Positions 57,379 to 64,000 of a stretch of DNA of 64,000 nt are shown here, piece after piece (position 1 is the first letter of the stretch; each line of letters starts with the position of its first letter). This DNA comes from a virus, in the IMG/VR virus record IMGVR_UViG_3300045988_119718, positions 160,001 to 224,000 of that record; one strand, 5' to 3'. Below the pieces are notes generated by a model. It ran no database searches. It saw only the letters and a program-made list of their open reading frames with translations, and was not told the DNA's origin. The position numbers were made by a program, and so were the translations under genes.

Positions 57379-59760
57379 ATGGACTCTCAACTCTCTTTAG
57401 GAGATGTAACTAAGAGTGTATTTACTCCTGATTTCTCTAGTACGTATAAGAGTTTATCAGCTGGTAGTACACTTTGCAATATGCTTACAACCAATACAAT
57501 TAAACAATCCATATCTGTAGATAGTTCTAATAAATCTGAAATTAAAGAATCTGAATATAAGATTAAAGAAGCAGAAAAGATTATTTCTAAAAATATTCTT
57601 TTTGCTATTTATAACTTTAATGTTTCTTCAAAGTATTCTACATATTCTTCATATTTAGGGAAAAATATTCATACTTACGATTATACTAACTTAGATAATC
57701 CTGAAGTACCATCTTTTAAGAAATTAAATCTTTATTTAGAACAAATTGATATCATTCTTGGTAATCATAGTAATATTGTAGCAAGTAAAGATACTGGCAA
57801 TCAACTGTATAATTCTCTTCAAGAATTTATTACTGAAATTAAATCCTCTACTGAAAATATCTATTCTATAGTAATGGATAATAGAATTTCTAATGTAACA
57901 GATGATGATTTCATTATTAATGCAGAAAAACTGTTTAAAGGTGAATCTTCATTTAAGACTAAGAAGTTTACCGGAAATAAGCAGAATATTGCTTCTTACT
58001 TTAATTCTGTTAAAGGTAAATACTTAGAAATTGCTAAATCTGTAGCAGGGTATAATGAAGGCTTACAGAAAACTTTAATTAAGTTTAATTCTGTTATGAA
58101 TAAATTAGCTACTAAATACAATTCTAGTTATTCTCAAGTAGTTATGCAAGTAGAATATAAAAAAGAAGAATTAAGAAATGTATTATATACATTTGCTATG
58201 AAGTATCTTAACATTGCTAATATTTTATATTCTATTAAAGCAGAATGCATTAAAGAATATTTACAACCAAGCTATTCTGATTATGATGAATTAATTACTA
58301 TGAAAGAAGATAATTCATTAGACGAATATTATGATGATGAAGATTTCTTTAATAAATCAACGGATGTATTTGATGATGAAGTTATTTCTGGTGATGATAG
58401 ACAGGTAGATTTCTCTTATAGAACCATTGAATTAGAAGAAGCTTTCTTTGCTTATACCATCAAATCATTATTAGAAGCAGAGGAAGGAAATACCCCAGCT
58501 CCTACTGTATCTGTAGCAAAAGATAAAGACGAGCAATCCCCTACTGGTACTGAAACAAAACCAGCTGATGCTACTAAGAAAGTAGCTGGGACTAAAGATA
58601 ATCCTGCTTCTGCTGATAAAGAAGATCACTTTGATCCAGGTGGTAAAGTTGAAGGTTTTGGTAAGACATTAAAAGAGCTTTGGAATAAAATAATGGAGTT
58701 TATGCAGAAACTTATTGAAAAAGTACAATTTTCTGTAAGTAATAGCAAGGATAAATTACTTGCTATTATTAATGATCTTGAATCTGTAAAGAAAATTAAT
58801 GAAAATCTTAACAATAGTGATGATGGATTTACATTTAGAGTTTATAATGGTGGTGCTAAAACTATTAATGGTCTTATTAATAATATTGGTTTAGATTCTG
58901 TTGATACTATTGTTGGTATCAAGGATGCTAATGATGTAAAGAATTTTAATGTAGAAACCAAACAACAAGAATTTACTAGGATTATTAATGATATGAATAA
59001 AGGTATAATGGATTATTTTAAACCATTTACTGATATTAAGGTTTTAGATAACAATGCATACTTTAGTTCAAAAGAGGCTAAAATAGTATTAAAAAATTAT
59101 TTTGCTGGTAATAACGCTGCTGATGTAAAAAATGCTTTTAAAGATATCGAAAATAATACTGAAGGCAAAGCTAAGAATAATATTTTAGCATCTACTATGA
59201 ATATTGCAAAGATTAAACAAGATTCTGTAAACGCTATTATTAATAATATCAAAACTATTCGCATAGATTCTTTAATAAATCAGTATAAGAATATTAAAAC
59301 GAATGGAGCTAATTACGTTAATAAATTAGCTTCGTTCTATGACGCTCCTAATGCACAAGCTGAAGCTGCTAAAGTTACTATGGAGTCTGTAATGGCTGAA
59401 TATTTCAGTGATGTTATGCACGAAGATCCGGTTAAATCAGTGGAACAACCGAAGAACACTGAAACTAAAGTTGATATCAAGCCTGTTACTACATTATTGA
59501 ATGCGTATATCAATAATTATGCGATTCCGATCTTTACCTGTGCTAGTTGGGCATATAGCAATATGTGTGATAACTATTACAATATTTTTAATGCTTTATT
59601 AACTGCTCCAGTAAAAGTTGGGGAAGGTAATAAACCAGAAGAAAATAAAAAAGAAGAACAGTCTGACGCTAATCCGCAGACTCCTACAGCTAATGCAGCA
59701 CCTCCGCAAGATGAAAAAAAAAATAACGGCGTTCCTAATAAAAATATAAGCGGTCAATAA
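57379..59760 (+). CDS. Coiled-coil-rich protein with Pro-rich C-terminus (scaffold-like?)
   Basis: The start is ATG 57379, preceded by GAAAGGAG. The listed form starts at a TTG inside the RBS. Confidence 0.5.
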   Translation: MDSQLSLGDVTKSVFTPDFSSTYKSLSAGSTLCNMLTTNTIKQSISVDSSNKSEIKESEYKIKEAEKIISKNILFAIYNFNVSSKYSTYSSYLGKNIHTYDYTNLDNPEVPSFKKLNLYLEQIDIILGNHSNIVASKDTGNQLYNSLQEFITEIKSSTENIYSIVMDNRISNVTDDDFIINAEKLFKGESSFKTKKFTGNKQNIASYFNSVKGKYLEIAKSVAGYNEGLQKTLIKFNSVMNKLATKYNSSYSQVVMQVEYKKEELRNVLYTFAMKYLNIANILYSIKAECIKEYLQPSYSDYDELITMKEDNSLDEYYDDEDFFNKSTDVFDDEVISGDDRQVDFSYRTIELEEAFFAYTIKSLLEAEEGNTPAPTVSVAKDKDEQSPTGTETKPADATKKVAGTKDNPASADKEDHFDPGGKVEGFGKTLKELWNKIMEFMQKLIEKVQFSVSNSKDKLLAIINDLESVKKINENLNNSDDGFTFRVYNGGAKTINGLINNIGLDSVDTIVGIKDANDVKNFNVETKQQEFTRIINDMNKGIMDYFKPFTDIKVLDNNAYFSSKEAKIVLKNYFAGNNAADVKNAFKDIENNTEGKAKNNILASTMNIAKIKQDSVNAIINNIKTIRIDSLINQYKNIKTNGANYVNKLASFYDAPNAQAEAAKVTMESVMAEYFSDVMHEDPVKSVEQPKNTETKVDIKPVTTLLNAYINNYAIPIFTCASWAYSNMCDNYYNIFNALLTAPVKVGEGNKPEENKKEEQSDANPQTPTANAAPPQDEKKNNGVPNKNISGQ

Positions 59761-59770
59761 TTTAGTACAT

Positions 59771-59805
59771 AATAGACTACTCTTATATAGAGTAGTCTAT
59801 TTCTC
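59771..59805 (+). terminator. Intrinsic terminator
   Basis: ATAGACTACTCTTATATAGAGTAGTCTAT followed by TTCTCTTTATATT. Confidence 0.55.
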
Positions 59806-59864
59806 TTTATATTGGTATTTTAAAAACATACTTATAATTATTCATTATAAAAGGAGGTTCTAAA

Positions 59865-60725
59865 ATGCTTAATACAGATAAACCTGTAGCATATATTATA
59901 AATGAATCATTAGAAGATGCTATTAGCTTTGATATAGTAGATGAAAACAAAACAACTGGCTTTGTTACTGCTGAAGGTATTATTCAGCAAGCTGGTAAGA
60001 TGAATCGTAATAGGAGATATTATACTCAAGAAGATCTTCATAAAGAGATTTATTCTGATAGACTTAGAGAATTGATTACGACTGGTAACTTTAAAGGTGA
60101 AGCTGGTCATCCATTAGATATGAATCTTTCTAGACAGCAGAAAGTAGATCCAACATTAGAACAAGTTTGGTATACTAAAGTATGGATGGATGGGGATTAT
60201 GTAAAAGCTCAATTTAGAGGAACTAATAATGAATTAGGTAAAGCCTTTAATGAAGATTTAAAATGTGGTCAGAAACCATCATTCTCTTTAAGATCTCTTG
60301 GTTCTATTAGAATTGTAAATGGTAAGTCCAATGTAACTAACCTTAGAATTATTACCTATGATAGAGTATATTATCCATCATATGACAATGCATACACTGA
60401 AAGAATAGTATCTGAATCTACAGATTACAAACCATCTTCTTATCCATATGAAGAATACTTAAATTCTATGGGTAATAAACAAGTTATAGAAGAATCAGCA
60501 GATTCTATTGCTCCTATTTTGAATAAAGATGTAACTGATTTATTACTTAGAGAAAATTATAGCTTTAATCAGATTTGTGAAGACTTCTCTCCTATCTATA
60601 AATCTATTAAACTTTCTGATGATAAGAAGAAAGTAGTTATGGTAGATGAATCTTATAATACTATTATAGTTCCTATTGATAGATATGTAACTAATAAGAT
60701 TGATGAATTCTGCTCTAGATTATAA
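59865..60725 (+). CDS. Possible T4-type prohead core protease (gp21-like)
   Basis: RBS AAAGGAGG. NRNRRYYTQEDL and GEAGHP resemble the NGRVYP and GE(L/A)DHP blocks of T4 gp21-family prohead proteases. Confidence 0.4.
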   Translation: MLNTDKPVAYIINESLEDAISFDIVDENKTTGFVTAEGIIQQAGKMNRNRRYYTQEDLHKEIYSDRLRELITTGNFKGEAGHPLDMNLSRQQKVDPTLEQVWYTKVWMDGDYVKAQFRGTNNELGKAFNEDLKCGQKPSFSLRSLGSIRIVNGKSNVTNLRIITYDRVYYPSYDNAYTERIVSESTDYKPSSYPYEEYLNSMGNKQVIEESADSIAPILNKDVTDLLLRENYSFNQICEDFSPIYKSIKLSDDKKKVVMVDESYNTIIVPIDRYVTNKIDEFCSRL

Positions 60726-60737
60726 AAAATAAAAATA

Positions 60738-60775
60738 TATACTTAGACCCATATGGGTCTAAGTATATATTTTTA
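60738..60775. terminator. Bidirectional terminator between convergent genes
   Basis: ACTTAGACCCATATGGGTCTAAGT followed by ATATATTTTTAC. Confidence 0.6.
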
Positions 60776-60788
60776 CATAAGTAAATTA

Positions 60789-61463
60789 TTACTTATTTTT
60801 TTGCTCTTGCTGTAGAGCTTCATTCATGAAAGCAACTAAAAGTTTCTCCATGCAATGATCTCCTACGGACTTAATCTCTTCTGCTGTAAATGTTCTTGTA
60901 TACAGTTTAGAATTAGGAAAATCAATAGGCTCTTCTTCACCATTTTCGTAGAAATCTAAGTCATCGTCATCAGCATATGGATTCCATAAAATGAAATCAA
61001 TAGAACCGTCTTTCTTAATATATACAGTAACGGCAAGAGGTCCACAGTGCCGATAAGAACTTGTGCTAGATTCGATTCTAACATCATTAAAATCGATAGA
61101 GCAGATATATTTATCGGTCATTTCATACAAATATAAGAACTGATTGACATCAGTATCTGAAGGATCAATAGTAAACTCCCTATCTTCATTAGTAATGACT
61201 CTTTTACTTGATTGCATTGGCTGCTGAGGAGGCATAAACGGATTGCATGGAAACTGCTGCTGAACAGTGGAAGGATGCCACCAATAAGTTGGCTGATACA
61301 TTGGCTGCTGAGGTGGAACAGGTACACCTGGGTTATATGGAAACGGCCACGGCTGATACGGTGGGTATGGAACACAGTTTTGAGGCATACACGGCGGATA
61401 TGGCTGTGGCATAGTATTTGGTCTTTCCTCTTGACGGGTTGTGAACTTGTAATTAGTGTTCAT
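60789..61463 (-). CDS. Protein with P/Q/Y-rich low-complexity N-terminal 90 aa and a globular C-terminal domain
   Basis: PQPYPPCMPQNCVPYPPYQPWPFPYNPGVPVPPQQPMYQPTYWW. The N-terminal coding region is conspicuously GC-rich (61200-61430). Confidence 0.5.
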   Translation of the reverse strand: MNTNYKFTTRQEERPNTMPQPYPPCMPQNCVPYPPYQPWPFPYNPGVPVPPQQPMYQPTYWWHPSTVQQQFPCNPFMPPQQPMQSSKRVITNEDREFTIDPSDTDVNQFLYLYEMTDKYICSIDFNDVRIESSTSSYRHCGPLAVTVYIKKDGSIDFILWNPYADDDDLDFYENGEEEPIDFPNSKLYTRTFTAEEIKSVGDHCMEKLLVAFMNEALQQEQKNK

Positions 61464-61549
61464 GATATTTTCTCCTTTGGAAATAAAACATTATTATGGA
61501 TAGCTAAATTGCTATCCATAATAATAGTATACAATCGTATTTCTATTTA

Positions 61550-61831
61550 TTAATACCCATTCATAGCAGCATCAGGATACATTTTTTCTCTTAAATTGGC
61601 TTCGCCTAATACATAAATTAATAAAATAGTAATTAAATCCTTCCCATATATATCGTAGAATATCTCAACTCTATCGGATTGAAATACTCTACGATGTACA
61701 TATAAAAATTCATCATTACCATCGGTATCTTTATCTTTTTGGTTTACATATATCTCAATAGAGTGGTCTTTATTCAAAGTCACATTCGCAAATATAGGTT
61801 CATTTTGAAGTAGGCCATTTTTATATTTCAC
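61550..61831 (-). CDS. Hypothetical protein
   Basis: 93-aa ORF. Confidence 0.4.
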   Translation of the reverse strand: MKYKNGLLQNEPIFANVTLNKDHSIEIYVNQKDKDTDGNDEFLYVHRRVFQSDRVEIFYDIYGKDLITILLIYVLGEANLREKMYPDAAMNGY

Positions 61832-61963
61832 AGAAAAAGTAAGCGTTAAAGCTTTATCATAGTTGTCTGTGTCATACTCAGTAGCCTCTGAATTAAGTGT
61901 ATTAACTTCAAAATCTTTATGCCTTATAGGTTTATAATATACTTTTATTTCAATTCACCTTTA

Positions 61964-62644
61964 TTACTTAATTCTAAATACAGGGCTACTCATAATTGCA
62001 TCGATAGCTTTGTCATTATATACATGATATTTTTTAAGACGTTTAAATAATCTATTAGCTCTTTCCCCTGTTTTATTTAAAACGAGTTTATAGCAATTCA
62101 TATATCTACCATATTCATGTACCCCTACTGAAGCTAATTTACTAAATTCAATAGTATCAGAACGATACATTTTGGTAATTACAAAAGCAATATAAATATC
62201 ATTGCTATTTTTTGGAGAAATAGTACTCATAAAAACATCAGAATCATTATCTCTACAAGTTGTATTCACAATATCTAATTTATCTTTATATGAGAGCTGT
62301 ACTTCATCAAGCATTCCTTCTAATTCTTGAATATAAAGCTCGAATAATAAGGATGAGGATACATCTAATAATTTAATTTTATTAAAAGTTTTATGACCTA
62401 AACAAAAGAATTCATAAATAGCATCAGAGATATCGTTACCTGGGTCAGCGATTGCTAAAGAAATAAATGTAATTAATATAGGAAGTTTAAATTTATTAAC
62501 TGTTGTGCTTAATTCTGGAAATTCTTTTCCACCAGCAACCATTATTCTTGTAATAACAAATGGAGCATCAAAATCGTCTCTTTCAATTATAATTGAATAC
62601 TGATCAATATTGCTTCCCTTATCTTTAGGCATAATATTAATCAT
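61964..62644 (-). CDS. Hypothetical protein
   Basis: 226-aa ORF. Confidence 0.45.
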   Translation of the reverse strand: MINIMPKDKGSNIDQYSIIIERDDFDAPFVITRIMVAGGKEFPELSTTVNKFKLPILITFISLAIADPGNDISDAIYEFFCLGHKTFNKIKLLDVSSSLLFELYIQELEGMLDEVQLSYKDKLDIVNTTCRDNDSDVFMSTISPKNSNDIYIAFVITKMYRSDTIEFSKLASVGVHEYGRYMNCYKLVLNKTGERANRLFKRLKKYHVYNDKAIDAIMSSPVFRIK

Positions 62645-62783
62645 TACTCCTTTTGGAAGTTCATCGTTTTCAGATGAAGTTGGTAAAGCTACTACTGTAA
62701 TTCCATCAAATTTAATAACTTTATCTTTTTTAATTTTTTCATAAATTTGTTAAAGCTAATCTGGTTGTTATCGGTTTTCATTT

Positions 62784-63200
62784 TCATTTCTCCTTATAAT
62801 TATCCACTATATACTGCATACCACTAAATTTATGAGTATCAATATACCCATAATTATTTATAAAATATTGTTTATTAGATTCTATAATTTTAATAGTATG
62901 AATATCACAATCTGCTTCAATATTACCAACCATAAGTTGGTTAATATGGCATAACTCATGACCTACTATACGTAATATGAAAGCTCTAATTTCTTCTTCA
63001 GATTCTAATCTTTTGGTTTCATAGAGATATTTTATCATACCATATAGATTAAATACAATAGAATTATCACTATCATATTTGACAGCAATAAAATCTGCAT
63101 ATTCATTATTGATAATACTAATCTTTACAGCACTAATATCTAAATTAATAAGATTAGAAAAGCTATGTATAGCTCTAGGTATTACGTTCTGTAATAACAT
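62784..63200 (-). CDS. Putative Zn-metallopeptidase (HExxH, SprT/ImmA-like)
   Basis: RIVGHELCHINQ. The start is set at MLLQNV, preceded by GAGGT. The longer form overlaps the upstream gene. Confidence 0.45.
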   Translation of the reverse strand: MLLQNVIPRAIHSFSNLINLDISAVKISIINNEYADFIAVKYDSDNSIVFNLYGMIKYLYETKRLESEEEIRAFILRIVGHELCHINQLMVGNIEADCDIHTIKIIESNKQYFINNYGYIDTHKFSGMQYIVDNYKEK

Positions 63201-63582
63201 TTTTACCTCGATATAAATTTTCAGATAAAACTTCATCAATAAATTCATACAGCCAATCGTAAAAACGACTATCGCTATTAAATGAGGGGTCAATGCCATT
63301 AGTATTTGCAAAGTATCTAGAAAATGATTTGCTATTACCATCATAGAAAGTAAATTTCATATACTGATATTCATATGGATCATAAGCTGGCATATTAAAG
63401 CCAGATAGTGGTTTTTTAAAAACACTAATAAAGCCTTTTTTACCTGCTAAATCACCTTTCTTAAAATAAATAGTGTATCTGCCTTCAGAGTTTTTTCTTA
63501 AATATACTTCGTAAGTATGCTTGTAATCTGTAAAAACTTTTTCACCATTCTTATAAAGAATCTGATAAAAATCATAATTCAT
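63175..63582 (-). CDS. Hypothetical protein
   Basis: 135-aa ORF with AGGAGG RBS (rc of 63583-63595). Confidence 0.45.
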   Translation of the reverse strand: MNYDFYQILYKNGEKVFTDYKHTYEVYLRKNSEGRYTIYFKKGDLAGKKGFISVFKKPLSGFNMPAYDPYEYQYMKFTFYDGNSKSFSRYFANTNGIDPSFNSDSRFYDWLYEFIDEVLSENLYRGKNVITERNT

Positions 63583-63724
63583 TTTAATTTCCTCCTTATA
63601 AAAGAAACAATAATAAAATTAACTTAGACTAAATATCTAAGTCATAATAATAATATATAATTTTAAAGTTTATTAAAATATGCGAATTTTAGTTTAAAAC
63701 AATAATATAAGTGAGGTGATTATA

Positions 63725-64000
63725 ATGCCGATGTCTAATAGGGTTTCTCGTTTATTAGATTTAATAGAAATGCGTTTAGGAACTAAACAGCTTAATCTAC
63801 CAGAATCTTTAGATAAAGATACATGGATGCATGTTATAGATATATCTACTTTAAATACATTTTCTAGATATTTTCCAGTTAAGATGCCATACTATCTTAC
63901 TAATGATAGAAGAAAAGGCCCTTATTATTTAATAGATGAAAAGACTGCTGCATCTGTAGATATTATAGGTGTAGGGGATATAGATTGGCATCTGTTATCT
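63725..64000 (+). CDS. Hypothetical protein, 5' part (runs off the window end)
   Basis: GTGAGGTGATTATA-ATG; 92 open codons (MPMSNRVSRLLDLIEMRLGTKQL...) to the window edge. Not in the supplied ORF track because no stop is reached. Confidence 0.5.
   Translation, partial: MPMSNRVSRLLDLIEMRLGTKQLNLPESLDKDTWMHVIDISTLNTFSRYFPVKMPYYLTNDRRKGPYYLIDEKTAASVDIIGVGDIDWHLLS

Noticed and set aside
1-64000. crAss-like/Bacteroidetes phage assignment, suggested by AT-richness, ThyX, giant genes and a PAPS-reductase-like gene
   Set aside because: Almost every gene has a strong AGGAGG-type Shine-Dalgarno site, which Bacteroidetes do not use. The RNAP homolog is a conventional beta-like protein, not the crAss-type DxDxD enzyme.

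Overview
This window is AT-rich (about 25-30% GC by eye), densely coding and virus-like. It reads as a large virulent phage from a low-GC host that uses Shine-Dalgarno sites, because nearly every gene has an AGGAGG-type RBS. That makes a Bacteroidetes/crAss-like origin unlikely. Genes run mostly leftward from 0.3 to 35.4 kb and in mixed orientation afterwards. Each item below is described in the features and findings.

Content I can support:
- Structural genes: two giant proteins (1035 aa and 2426 aa) built from tandem ~80-aa Ig-like repeats, and a Cys-rich beta-helix fibre-like protein.
- Virion and morphogenesis candidates: a 2767-aa tape-measure-like protein carrying lysozyme-like and M23-peptidase domains, a T4-type prohead-protease-like protein, and a RusA-like resolvase.
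- Transcription and replication: a 1448-aa protein with clear homology to the C-terminal conserved regions of multisubunit RNA polymerase beta, and an RNase H.
- Nucleotide metabolism: a module of a divergent ThyX-like protein, a small unknown protein and a thymidylate-kinase-like protein with a degenerate P-loop. There is also a PAPS-reductase-like PP-loop protein.
- Others: an SPFH/band-7 protein, a kinase-like protein with a zinc ribbon, an HExxH metallopeptidase, two paralogous HHH-motif proteins, and many proteins of unknown function.

The most unusual non-coding features:
- A 1.8-kb gene-free hub (29281-31096) with iteron-like TTATAAACT repeats, ~105-bp tandem repeats, a G5/G5/G5/G8 tract and several perfect palindromes.
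- Two paralogous small genes (137 aa and 105 aa, locally GC-elevated), each preceded by the same leader: a palindrome, two hairpins whose sequences differ but stay paired, and an identical RBS block.
- An orphan plus-strand terminator that suggests a small RNA.
- A C10/G10 homopolymer that interrupts a gene at the window start.
- A family of perfect-palindrome bidirectional terminators.
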